Shown in pieces: positions 1-11,988 of a stretch of DNA of 64,000 bases (the stretch's first letter is position 1; the number at the start of each line of letters is the position of its first letter). Location: the NCBI GenBank assembly GCA_000708835.1, contig DF237158.1, positions 72,999-136,998 of the forward strand. Reading direction: 5' to 3'. This stretch comes from Klebsormidium nitens (lineage: Eukaryota > Plantae > Klebsormidiophyceae). Under the pieces are notes generated by a model. The model made no database searches, was not told the DNA's origin, and worked only from the letters and a program-made list of their open reading frames with translations. Made by a program: the position numbers and the translations under genes.

Positions 1-165
1 ATGCGGTTTGGAGCACCACCCCTACCTTTGGATGCATTGTGTCCTATCTAGGCGCTCTGGCAATGGCGAGTCAATGCTGACTACCGCAGAACCCTCGAAC
101 TTAAGCTTGGGCGCCTGGCGCAATGACGCCATATCAAGCCGTGCTGTCGCAGATGGGAGCCTCAC

Positions 166-3100
166 CTGGCCGCCCTGCGCTCCATCGATTTCGGCCAGCA
201 TCTGGCTGACCACCCGATCCATGACGCCCCCCGAGTCGCCCGCGGCCCCACGCGCGGGCGCCAGTGCGTCCAATTCGTCGAAGAACACCACGCACGGCCG
301 CGCGGCGCGGGCCTGCAAGCGGGGCAGGCTGGGAATTGTTGGCATGGGCAGCGAGTACAGACCTTATACAAACCTTGGGAAGAATGCAGAATGTCTCGCA
401 GGACCCTCAGATTTTAAAGTGGAGATGCTGCCAGCCCATGTGTTTTGACACGAACCTGCTCTCGCGCTCTTCTTATTCGCGTCAGTTTGTTTCGAAGCAC
501 AGAAGAGCCGTCAGCACGAAATGCAGCCGGACTAGACATCATACCGAAGCACTCTCAAGCTGGAGTGCAGAGCGCCTTGTTGCTGTACGCGTAACGCCAG
601 ATTCCGCCGCTCTCCATGCTTCGAAAGCAGCCCACCTTGGCAAAGACGTCGCGCACGTTCTTCTCGCTCTCGCCGATGTACATGTTGATCAGCTCGGGCC
701 CCTTGACGCTGAGGAAGTTGAGGCTGCACTCGGTGGCGACGGCCTTGGCCAGCAGCGTCTTGCCCGTCCCCGGGGGCCCGTACAGCAGCACGCCCGACCG
801 CTGCCGCAGCCCCGACGCGAACAGTTCGCGGTGCCGCAGCGGCAGCTGCACCGTGTCCAGGATCGCCGCCTTCACGTCCTCCAGCCCGCCCACGTCCGAC
901 CACGACACGTTCGGCACCTGCGCATGGGCGGCCGTGGGGCTGGACGGCGGCGAGCGGCATGAGAATCTCGAGGAGTGCTGTTTCATAAAGGAAAGGATGC
1001 ACAAGCGAACGACGGCGGGAGGAGCCCTCAAGGCCCCGCGATTTTCGAGACCACTATCAAGTCTCAATTTGAAGGCCGGTGCAACGAGTGTCAACGCTGC
1101 ACAGACCACGCCTTGACGACCTGCTGGCAGTGGCCCTCTTCTAAGGAAAGCAGGACGCGCTATTGCAGTCGGCAAAGCAAGAGTGGCGCCTGCGTGGCCT
1201 GACGAGCGCTACTGTTGCGCTTTTCGTCCCTGGCTACCAGCGCAGGGCCGGCCTCACCTTGGGAGTGCCGATCGCCGACGCTGTCCGTGACTTGGTCCGC
1301 CCAAACGCGCCCTCCAAATCCTCCGCTGTCACTGCCACGTCAGCATCCCCGCCCTCGGCCGTCCTTTCTTTCCGTGTGAGATCCGCGGCCGCAGTCTCCC
1401 CTATTGGCGTCAGCTCGGACCTGCGTGATCCCCCTGGAAGTCTTCCGTTTTGCCGCATGACAGCCCCCACCCCTGCATCTGCGGCAATCGCTCTGAGGTC
1501 TCGGGGCACGGCCCCCACCGTCTGCAGCGCGATCGACTGTACACTAGCCAGCAGCTTGCCTCGCGGGTCCCCGGCAGCATCGCCTCCACCGCTCTCCGCG
1601 TCTGCCGCTGGCAGGCCCAGCGCATGGCGCAGGATGCGGCCCCGTGTGCCCTCGTCCGGGGGCTCCAGCACGATCTCGTGAGTGAAGCACCGCCGCAGAG
1701 ACGTGCTGACGTCATCGGCCGACTCGGCGGCTGCAACAACGATCACCAGCCGTGTCGCGCTTCCCCCGGCTCCCCGGTTCCTTCGAGCGCTCGGCAAAGG
1801 CCCCGGGGCCCTGCTTCCTCTCCCCGAGAAGCCAGCCCGCCCGTTTCCAGCCCGCCGGTCCGCTTCAGACCGAGTTTCTTCGTCGCTCCCGTCGTCTGAC
1901 AGGTCGTCGGAACCAGCATCGCCAAGTGAGGAGTCGGAGTCGGACAAAGTATCGGTGCCACTCGACTCGTCTTCCGAGTCGTCGTCCTCTTGGTGGGCCG
2001 CAGCTGCCGCGTACCTTTTGACGCAAAAGCGCAGAGCCTCCGCCAGCAGGGACGGGCCGGAGTCGCCCCTGCCCGTAGGCTGACCTGCGCGAACGGCGGT
2101 CACAAATTGGAAACCTGGCAGGGACGCTGCTGTGGTGGTCGAGGGCCAGGCGTCATCTAACGGATTGTACTGCCCCCAGTTTCTCCATGCTCGAAATTGT
2201 ACTGGCCGAATGATTCACCGTGCTGAAGGTCGGGCTTCGGGTTTTCCGCAGAAGTGGTCAATGCAGTTTTTGCCGTACTTACATATCGAGGGCGCCCCAA
2301 GTAGCAGCAGACCTTGGGACGAAGCTTCTGAAATGGGCAGCAATCGTTGCGACGTACTAAAGGAGCTCAAATAGAATTTAAATGAAGCATTGCAGGGCCA
2401 CTAGCTTACTCATAAGCTAGTAGCCCTGCAAAACGGAACTGCATGGGATGGCTGCTTGGCAACGCTTGCCCTACATAAAAAGTTGTCAACAAAGACCGAC
2501 TCTTTCAAGCACGCATCAAACAGCATTTAAGATTCGACGTGGGTCAGGACCCACCTGTTTCCATGCTGGTGCCAACCGCTCCCCCAAAGCGGCTGAACGC
2601 TCCGAATCGTCTCAGCAACAAAATCGCTGGAGAGTAGTTGCTGGCCGTCTCGAAAGCTGCTGCGAGCGTGGAGGCGGCCTTGCCTTCCGACTGGTTGACC
2701 AGGTCGTAGCAGTTGTACTCCACCACGTGAATGCCCAGGCTCTGCGCCAGGAAGCAGAACGCGCGTTAGGCAACAGCAGGCCCGAGCAGTACATGAGACC
2801 CATGCATGTGTACTGGTTGAATATTGTTGGATGAAGTTGGGTTTCTCAGACGAAAGGTAATGCATGTGTCCACTCAAGAACTATAACTTGCTTCACTGTG
2901 TGGGTTCGATCGAGAAGAACGAATCCACTCAACAGACTCACCGTGCTCTAATAGTGCTTTGAAGCAACCGGCACAGAAGTCAACCCTGAGTCAAGTGGAG
3001 AGAGCCTGTTCAACAGGAACACTCTAAGCACTACTTAAAAGAACGACAGTGCTTCTCTTGGGCTGTCCTGAAGGAGAGCATTCCGAGCAGGCAGCCCCTT

Positions 3101-4717
3101 TTCCCCACCCTCCGCCTGTGTTGCCGGCTGGCTCACCTCCGCCGCCGCTCTGGCTGCGCTCCTCTTCCCCACCCCGGGTGGGCCCAGCAGCAGCACCGCC
3201 GTCCTGAGCTGCAGCCCGCGCGCCGCAGGGTGCAGGCTGGGGGCCAAGAGGCGAGCCACATCCTGGACCACAGCAGGGGACACCGCAAGGGGAGGCGCAG
3301 CCCTGCGGGCGGAACCAAGGCTAGGTGGCAGCGCATGATTCGTGCTGCCGACCAGGACCAGTGCAGTTTGGTCCCTCTGGATGGCCAGGAAACGCTCGGA
3401 CTCAGGTTCCAGCGACTCGACCTTGAAATAGACTGGTCGGGAAAGAGATGCTCCTAGGGACGCTGCTTCGGGAGAAGACACCCCAGGACCAGTCGAACTT
3501 ACAACTGTCCCGTTGGAATAGGTGCGCGAGGGATTGAGCTCTTCGGCAGTTGCCTCTTCGGCCGTTGGACTCGACTCTCGCACTTGGACCACAAAGACAT
3601 CGCCTGGGCAAAGAAGCTGGGGCTCAGAGAAGTACTCCGCCAGTGCGGAGTCCACTGCAGCTTCAGAGTCTGTGCTCCCCGGTTCTGAAGTTGGGCGCAG
3701 AAACGTGGAGGTGGGGACACGAATCTGAGAGATGCGAGCGTGCGAAGCCACAAGCGGCGCAAACACCCCACGGTGCGCGGTAGCAGTAGCATGTGATGGG
3801 GGTCCCAGAGGTCTTTGGTTGTACGGCCGAAGAAGGAGATCTGCATCGGTTCCAACAGAACCAGTCTGGCGTGCGTGCGATGGGGCAGTTGAATCTGAGT
3901 GGCCCAAGCTGGTGGTGGGACTGCCCTCGCTTGCCCCTTGCTTTCCTAGATAGGGCCGCAGGTGCAAGAGGAGGCCAAGATTGTATGCTAGCAGGGGGGA
4001 CAAGTAAGCAGAGCGGTGAGATTGAGTGCCATTTGCTGTCTGCGGGCGTTCTCTACTCACGCCAAGGTCGTCCCCGGCAGCAGGGCAGGCTTCAGGGCTA
4101 ACTCCTGCTGGGTGAAAGGCCCCTTGAGGGTCTACACTGAGGGCACAGACTCTGGCAAGACGGGTCTGCTGGCTGCCCAGTGCAGTAACTTGCACAAGTT
4201 GGCCCCCACACAGCCCCGCTTCCCTCAACACCTCCAGAGTGAGCCCAATCACGGCATTATGGTCAGGGACAAGGCTAGCAGAAGCCCCAGCTGCAGCCTC
4301 AAGCTCCAACGCAGCACTGGTGTCCTGCGCACGCCAACATAGAATTTTCTTCTTCCGCGCTCAGATTCTCAAACGGCATGCGTGGCTGCAAGCATTGAAG
4401 AACAAGCTTCCAGGCAATCCACACTTTCTGGACAGCACCACCTAGCAGGCACCAACACCTAATTCTTAGCATGAGTGTTCTTCTTCAATCAAAATGCCAG
4501 GCAAGAAGCGCAGACTGTGAGCTGGGCAGCTGTACGACCGTGCTCTCACCTGCATGATTGCAGCTGTGAGTTGCGCAGCTGGCAGCTGCCTGCGGTGAGC
4601 CTCGTCCCCAGCTGGTGGAAGGGCGTCCCGGTCTGCAGCATCCTGAACGTACCGCTCAACTTGAGACAGGACCTCGGAGGTGGTCCTTAGTAGAAGCGGT
4701 CTTCTAGCCCCCGGCAT
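166..4717 (-). CDS. PEX6: Peroxisomal AAA+ ATPase PEX6; 5' seven exons, gene continues past the left edge of the window
   Basis: In-phase GT-AG exons 4717-4550, 4324-3137, 2741-2555, 2084-1258, 917-636, 312-166. The D2 AAA module reads [16 protein letters not shown]...[55 protein letters not shown] and [39 protein letters not shown]. The degenerate D1 (GPPGVGKR...RRCFTHEI) is typical of PEX6. Exon count given here is what I traced (six listed); further exons lie outside the window. Confidence 0.95.
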
Positions 4718-5449
4718 TGCTCTTCAAAGTCGCAATCAATGTTGCTCATCAACATAAAGCACAACAAATCCCCTGCTAGCATTGGAACGTTCAATTGAGG
4801 GGATCCTCCACAAGGGCAGACGCAGCAGCACGAACATGGAGGGATTGGTAGCTTTGCCGAACAGCTTCCCTCCTCACTAGCTCATGTATATGCTCTAGAT
4901 AGTCTGTCGAACGCCCATCACAAGCATCGGGGAGTCCTGTCCTCCAGAGCTTCCAAAATCCTGTGGCTGCGTCTAGTGCAAAACTCGTATAGAGCCTGTG
5001 CCAGCATGGCGTCCAGGGGCTTGTATACAGAGGCTATCCAGGCTGGTCTGCCGGTAACGTTGGGCCTTGTCTACCGTTACCGGCGTGCAGTCTCACACTC
5101 GGAGTCCTGGAAACCGTCCGATGGCCGGCAGAATCTAAACGGCCGCGTCAGCACGCACGGCCGGGCATCCTTCGGACGGCAAAGGACAACTCTCGAGAGA
5201 TTCACGGCTTGCAACATAATGGCGACCCGCAAGTCTGCAGATGGTCTGGCAGAACGCTGCGAATGCTGCACTTTGAGAAGAAGTTGACGAAAGAGGAGCC
5301 TGGGCGGCAGGTTTTCCGAGTCCAGCACGAGGTAGAGAGACGTTCTTCAAAGCACGGCAAGAAAAGCGCCCAAGCCTGTGGAGGCTGCACCGGTTCTTCT
5401 CGCGAAAGGGGAGCTGTTACCTGGCCGTCACGAGCCTCTAGCTGGCACC

Positions 5450-7041
5450 ATGAGCTTGACCGCCCAGCTTGCCAACATAGGGGTCGTGGCTGCTGGCAGT
5501 GAGGATGACAAGCCTGTGAGGGGAGAATGGAGCAAGCGAGCCACGGACGCTCTTGTAGAGAGCTGGGGCAACAAGTTCCTGCAGCAAAACAGGGGCAACC
5601 TCACAGATTTGCACTGGAAAGGTGAGTCCAAGTTCTGGGCAAGCATTCTTTCAAGCAGATCAGGTCTTTAAAGACGACATTGCCTTAGCTGAAAATAGTT
5701 GTCGGCTGTCCTTCCTGCAACTGCTGCAGGTCATCAGGGATTGTTCTTGGAAAGCTGCCGATGTGTCCTTGGGATTTGGCATGGGCACTTCTCATGCAGG
5801 CTTGCCATGTTGTCTTTCCTTTGCCTGGGGGTCTGTGACGGACTTAGTTGCATCATTCAGCTGCTATTGTGAGATGCTTCACCTACCCCTTTTGTATGCT
5901 TTGATTTTTTCTAAAAGGTTTACCCTTCTTGTTTGTTCAGAGATTGAAGAGGAGGTCAATGCTCAGTTAAACGAGGCGGAAAAGAAAACCGTCATCCAGT
6001 GTCAGAACAAGGTCGATGGGCTGAAGAAGAGGTGAGCAGATGCAGTGGGGGACAGCTCTCAGGTCTCTTTACGTGAGGGGTGTAAGGCCAGCCCTTAAGT
6101 TCACTGGAGCAGCCTGAGTGGCATGGGCAAACAGCGGCATCACAGGTTGTATGGCTGCCCAGAGCCTGTTAAGCTTCTGTTTTGAAGAACTTACCTCATT
6201 GAATGCTTGCTGTCAAATGTGGCTGTGCCTGAATTCGCTGCTCCTTGATAGATGTGACAGGGCTCTCAGTCCTCAAATGAATGCAGCCTAAAACATGGCT
6301 GCTCAAGGCACAAATATGGGGCAAGCTGCACTTAATATATTTTGTCATTCATTCAAGTCTTTGAATGCCACCATGCGCAGGTACAAGAAGGAGAAGGTCA
6401 AGCCGGGGGGCACGTACTGGAGCTACTATGACCGGCTGGGGGAGCTGATTGGGTCACAGCCGAAGCAGAGAGCCCCGGCGCCTCAGCATCCCCAGGGAGG
6501 GGCGGGGGGCAAGGTGGTAAACATGCACCACGCCCCCCACCAAAGGTCGTTCAGGGAGGAAACCGCAGCGCGTAAGTGCCATAGTAAATGGGACGTCATC
6601 TTCAAAGACGGGGGAGACTTCTTTCCATACAGCTCTCCAGGGCCGCAGCAAAGTTTGAAATGTTGAGTTTCACTTTGCCAGATTTGGACCGAGAGGGTCG
6701 GGGCACTCATGATTTGAGGGTCTAACAGTGTCATCTGTGTAGTGACGCATGCTAGCTAGCTTGATTGATTCTATTTGGTTTGACCATGACAGTACAGGAA
6801 CTCAAGTGGTGGTTTCAGTCTATGATCCAAACTAACGCTTTCTCTCCATACAGTGCGGCATGGCCTGGACAACGTGGCGCAGGCTGTCAGGGAGTTTGCT
6901 GTTCTGTATGAGAGAGTAGAAGCTCAGAAAGCACAGGCCTTGGTCGAGCATGAAGAGAAGAGGCAGAACTTTGAGAGGGAGCTGGAGGCAATGAGGATGC
7001 AGGTGCGGCTGCACGCGCAGGCGCAGGGCTACCAGGACTGA
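5450..7041 (+). CDS. Trihelix transcription factor, SIP1/ASIL-like (Myb/SANT-like DNA-binding domain plus C-terminal coiled coil), ~213 aa
   Basis: Exons 5450-5621, 5941-6031, 6381-6571 and 6854-7041 join in frame. Sequence EWSKRATDALVESWGNKFLQQNRGNLTDLHWKEIEEEVN...KTVIQCQNKVDGLKKRYKKEK...WSYYDRLGELIG, with C-terminal helix VAQAVREFAVLYERVEAQKAQALVEHEEKRQNFERELEAMRM, matches the SIP1-clade pattern. Confidence 0.9.
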
Positions 7042-9261
7042 GAGTAAGGTTCCTTGAAGCCTCTTCTACTTTACAAACTGGCTGAGTGCCAACAGCCTCT
7101 CTCTGCACATTGTCTGTAATATTCATTCTCTGGGCTCTTTTAATCTCTTGACGCACTTTATTTGATGCTGTCTCACAGGGTCGTTTGTGGTGTTGGAATC
7201 TATCTGCGGTGTTTCTACATTGGAATAAAGATAAAGGAAGCGGTGAGAACTCGAGATGAAAGAAGCCGTCACCTGGGATAGTGCTTGACCCTTTCTAGGA
7301 AGCTAAATTCTGCACCCTTTTGTTTCGAACCCCAGGTGATATTTGATGTTGTTGGAGCCCAAGCTAGAGCGCTTCATGTGACCTTTTTCTGCAAAAAACT
7401 TGTCGTTCATCATGATGGGTACTATAACAAAACAACTACCTAGATAAGGGTCACTATTTGAGTATTCAAAATTAGCAAGTTAGTGGCCTTTGTCCGTGTA
7501 CAAATATGTATTGAATTGGGCATCTTACGGAGACGTTGATCTCAATAAAGTCCCACGAGCCTTCGGGCGAAAGCAGGCAAGAAGGGTCATTCGTTCCTGT
7601 TGACATTTGATGGCAAGTATTGGTGATAACAGTGGTCCCTCAGCTTAACTGGCTTGTTGCTTATTGTCACATTGTCACAACTAGAGTTCAAAATCTTTAC
7701 AAGATCGAGCAATAGAACTAGATCTAATAATTGTATGTTTTCTCTTGATTGCCTCAACAAGGTCGCAGTTGTTTCTCCGCACATATGCAAGCGATATCAC
7801 ATATGCATTCGGTATATCCATACCGTGTAATCTGCTATCAAACATGAAGCAGACCTGTTGGAGCCAGTGGCCCCGGTCATAGTCCCATGAAAAAGTCCCG
7901 AAAGCTCATGCATGCAAGATCCCGAATGCTTCCATCTCACATGCTGTAATCTCCAACGTACAGACGAATCATTGTAACGGCCCCGCAATGGACGACATTG
8001 TATGGCCCATGTCCAACCCGCGAGCCGGTCCTCAACGGGCCGCAACATGTACACTTTGTACGAGGCTTCGAAACCAAGGATTGGTTTTGAATGCCGATCG
8101 CGCGCGTATCAGTGGCCGGATGTCTTAGATCCTCAGCCTGACATGTGTATAGTATATTGAGAATCTTGCCATTGAATCTCGCGGAGCAGCGACCTCCGTT
8201 GGATCGCGGAAGCTCCGCCTCATCCGATCGTCGAGCAGGCCAGCTGGATATTTCTTGGTCAGTGGGCTGCACAGAGGCTTAACAGCCTTAGCAGCTAGGA
8301 GGCCGTAAGAAGCTCGCAAATGGAGGATTAAGCTGTGCGCATAGTGTTGTGAGGCGCTGTTCCATTTTGAGTGAAGCTGTGTGGCTTTTGCGGAACGCCT
8401 GAAGGTCTACCTTCTTAGCCGCAACGATGTTCAAAATGTATTCATGTAGCTGGAGGTGCGGTAAAGGCAGCAATTGTGCAGCAATCTTGTCTGAAGTGCG
8501 GGAGTGCGGCAGCTGGCAGGACCGACACCGACATGTATAGGGTCATAGGGTTTGATAGCACGGTGTCCTGACGTTGTGCCTTCAAGACATCGTGGCCGTC
8601 GTGCCATATTCGCATCCAGCGCACCATGCTACCATAAGATGCAGACGACGGAGAACTTTGAATGATTGAATAGATATTGAAGTCACTTGCTTGAGAATCA
8701 TCGTCTTCAGAAAGTTGCATGGGATTGCAGTAGAGATGTACCAGAAATGACAATTGCCCGGGAATGGTGTAATGGTGGCAAGTCCTTGAGGCGTCCTTTC
8801 AATTAATCTTCTTCCTTCCTAGCTGTTTATACCACACGGCCATGATGCCCATAACGCGCCCATGACGCGCTTTGCCACGGCATGATCGTTAGCTGCTCAG
8901 TGGGGGATCGGAGCGTTGCCTTCAAAGGAGAAAACGGTGGAGTTCGCTGATGTTTAACATGCAACACACTGCTAGCTATGATACTATGAGATGGGTTTAA
9001 GTAAGTTGAGCCATTGTGAGCCTTTGGCATCATCTTGACATCGAGCGACTAAGCGAGCATCGAGCGATCGAGCTTCCGTCACAATAAAAGCATCAGCACA
9101 CTGCCATGATGCGGCTACATGGCTTGAACACTGATGCAATTGAATGATAGTCTGATAGGTAAGTCGACTAGCCTTGAGGACAATGCTACAAATTACAATG
9201 GTTGTTGGAAATCTAATGTAAACCCATGCACATTTAAACATTTCGTCAATGATGCATGCAG

Positions 9262-9379
9262 CCTGGCAGACTTGGCTTTTTTTTTTTTTTTTTTGGGGGT
9301 TGACCGTCTGGCACATGCAGCTCGTCAGGTGGAAACTGCAGACTAGTATACGCCTCAAGGGCAACCTGGCAGACTTGGC
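9262..9379 (-). mobile_element. Short retroposed insertion (5'-truncated LINE/SINE end or small-RNA retrocopy) with A18 tail and 15-bp target-site duplication
   Basis: Perfect direct repeat CCTGGCAGACTTGGC at 9262-9276 and 9365-9379. It flanks T18 (9277-9294) plus a 70-bp body (9295-9364). Confidence 0.75.
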
Positions 9380-10359
9380 AGGTCCAAGGATACAGGCAGT
9401 TACATTCTTACAGGCTACTTACAGCAGGCGGCTAAAGAGGGGCTAAAGGGGCTAAGTTCTAACGTTGGCAGCTACCGGTACGCCGATCTCGAGGTACGGT
9501 ATGGGCCGGGTGTCACATGCGTGCGCCCCGTCCGGTCGTGCGGCCGGGCATTAAAATCTATCTGATCGAGATCGGAGTTTTGACGTCATCGGGGTTTCCA
9601 GGTATCACGGAAATTTGATCAAGTCAATGCTGCGATAAACACGCACATCGTACGACGTTATGGAAATATGGATACGTTATGGGATACGGTTATAACTTAT
9701 TCCTACGACACCATCATGGATCGATGGTCGACGGCTTCCAAGAAGTCGAACGGTGAAGCTATTGGTACAAAAGACACTACCGTACACGTAGGTACCTGGT
9801 ACAGTGGTACCTACGGTACTACCTACCTACTTACCGTACCTGTCCAGTGCTTTAATTGTATCGCTGCTCGCAGGTGCTAGGTGCCTACCGGTACTTGGAT
9901 GTACGTAGGTACAACGGGCAATGCCTACCGTACTGTTTCTGACGAATAAAAGCACCTACCGGTACCGTTGCTGCGGGTCGAGTCAACTCTCGACCCATGC
10001 TTCGCGACGCGGTACCTACCGTTATTAAGTACTGGGTCCTGGGTACCTTGCTCAATTGGATACCGTACGAAAGAGTGCCCGAGTCTGGTACCAGGTAGCT
10101 ACGCATCGGCCAAGATCGATTGTACAAGCCGGGGATCCCCCTCAAACATCTCCCGGTACGGTACGGGTACCTACCTAGGTATATGCAATCTTAATTGATG
10201 TACCGCACGGTCCGCACCTAGCTGTAGGACTTAGGCTGCTGTCATGCTGGTGGTTCTTTTGCCCCTTTGCTAACCGATACCGGTACCGGTATTGTTATTA
10301 GGGTCGTACGCCCGGGAGGTTCAAAGTTGCCCGGCCATCTAATCGGCCCGCCAGATCTA

Positions 10360-10435
10360 GCCTGAGTTTCGCTGGAGTTTGATTTGAGTTCCGAAATCCG
10401 ACGTGGCACCGGCCAAACTCAGGCGAAACTCAGGC
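10360..10435. repeat. 22-bp imperfect inverted repeat built from GAGTTT/AAACTC submotifs
   Basis: GCCTGAGTTTCGCTGGAGTTTG (10360-10381) versus CAAACTCAGGCGAAACTCAGGC (10414-10435): 20/22 match, 32-nt spacer. More AAACTC copies occur near 10465-10480. Confidence 0.6.
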
Positions 10436-11988
10436 AGGAAACGACCCAAAATGCACTTTTGGGCAAACTCCGGTTAAACTCAACTCTGTTAGAAAAAGAC
10501 CGGCAATTTAGGAACCTACCAAAGGGGCTGGGTGTATCGTGTCAGCCCTTGGGCCGGGATTCGGAAGGTAATGGGTACGTACCTTTGTCAGGCGGTCGTT
10601 TGCATACTAGGTACAAGTTGTGGTTGGTAGTACGGTACCTAGGTACCAAGAAATTGATTATCAAAATCCGGGCAATTCCAAGTTCCTGGGTCCTACAGCT
10701 GCGGCACTGTGTGCTCTCGGCCCTCGGGTCGTCGTCGGTAGTTTGAACAGTACGTACCTGGCTCCGTACGGTCCGTACTACCAAACCGTATCACCGGAAT
10801 CTCGTTCTCAATTTCACTTGTACCGCCAACCCGGTCAATAATGACTCCGAAAACCTCTTGGGTTCAGTTGGCAGAGCAACCGGCAGCTACAGCAGACCGC
10901 TCACGACCCTGAATCGCCCCACGTGGAGGTCTGGGCAAGTGGTTGGGAGGGCGCAGGGAAGTTTTAGAAGTTTGCGGGCGAAGCTGCTTTTGACCGCTGG
11001 GGACGAATACTGATTCTCGATTGCATGATTTTAAGAAACGCTCCCGAGGTTTTCTGCCCCACTGGGTTGAAAAGGAACGAGAAATATGTGCAAAATCCAA
11101 ATATGAGCGTTGTGAGCCTCTCCTGCGACTCATGAACAGAAGGCGGTGTAATCGTGTAACGGTTGTCGGCTTCGAGAAACCCGGAGAGTATAAGCGAAAC
11201 ATCGAAACGCATCTTTGTCAACTCGCGACCGTCGGATGCTGCTTCGGAAGACGGAAAGAGATTCAATTGGACGGCTGCATTTCGTTCGGAAGTTAGTGAT
11301 GGGATCTTCGAGGCTACCGCGCGCGCTGCTTCTGCAGTCCGAAGTTCTCGCTGCAGTTTTAAAGGTGTATCGTATGCGCAAAGTGGACTCCGGATTGTAA
11401 CAGGCGCAGTCTAGTACAGGCCGAAATCCGCATCATTCATCTGTGGCGCCGCTTTGACGTCTGGTCTGACAGACTGACAACCTTTCACGGCTTGTAAAGC
11501 ATGGCGGGTCAACGTCGTCTTCAGAGAAGTCGAGTTTGCTGCAATTCCTGCTTTGCGTGGATTCGTGCTTGGCGCCTGACAATCCGCCTCCGTAGCCTGT
11601 GGGGTCGCAACACATGGGGGGCAGCCATCATAGCAGCACTTTGCTATCATCCTTTGCCGCACGGAATGCTCTTTCACAAAAGGAAGGTGTTGGGGTCAGG
11701 CGTCCTTCAGGGCCCAGGGCGAGGTGGTAGAAGAAGTGATTGCTGCAAAAAGCACATCTTTGCAACACTTGTTGCAAATCACCGAGGTCGCATCAAAGTT
11801 GTGTTGAAAAATTTGCTGTCCTTATTCCGCTGGGGTTCAAGGAAGCAGGCATCTCGTGTCAGAGCCGGTTGCTTCAAGGAATAGTTGTTGTGTCCCAGTT
11901 TCGTTGGTAATCCTGTGAAGGTGGGCCATCGCAGTGTGGAGGGGTGGCAGCAGAGAGGAATCTGTGAGGCCGAGTGTAAGGCCAGGGA

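Noticed and set aside
7559-7578. GCC-UUCG-GGC and GC-GAAA-GC tetraloop hairpins suggesting a structured RNA or hammerhead
   Set aside because: Stems are only 2-4 bp, and there is no CUGAUGA core or other supporting helices nearby.
8288-8753. Minus-strand ORFs (103 and 61 aa) between the trihelix and LBD genes
   Set aside because: No recognisable motif, no convincing splice partners, and intergenic-like composition.
10384-10746. 120-aa ORF with PLGRDSEGNGY, reminiscent of the WHIM2/WSD motif
   Set aside because: The match is short, lacks the following YW-aromatic core, has no exon partners and lies in the low-complexity GTAC island.
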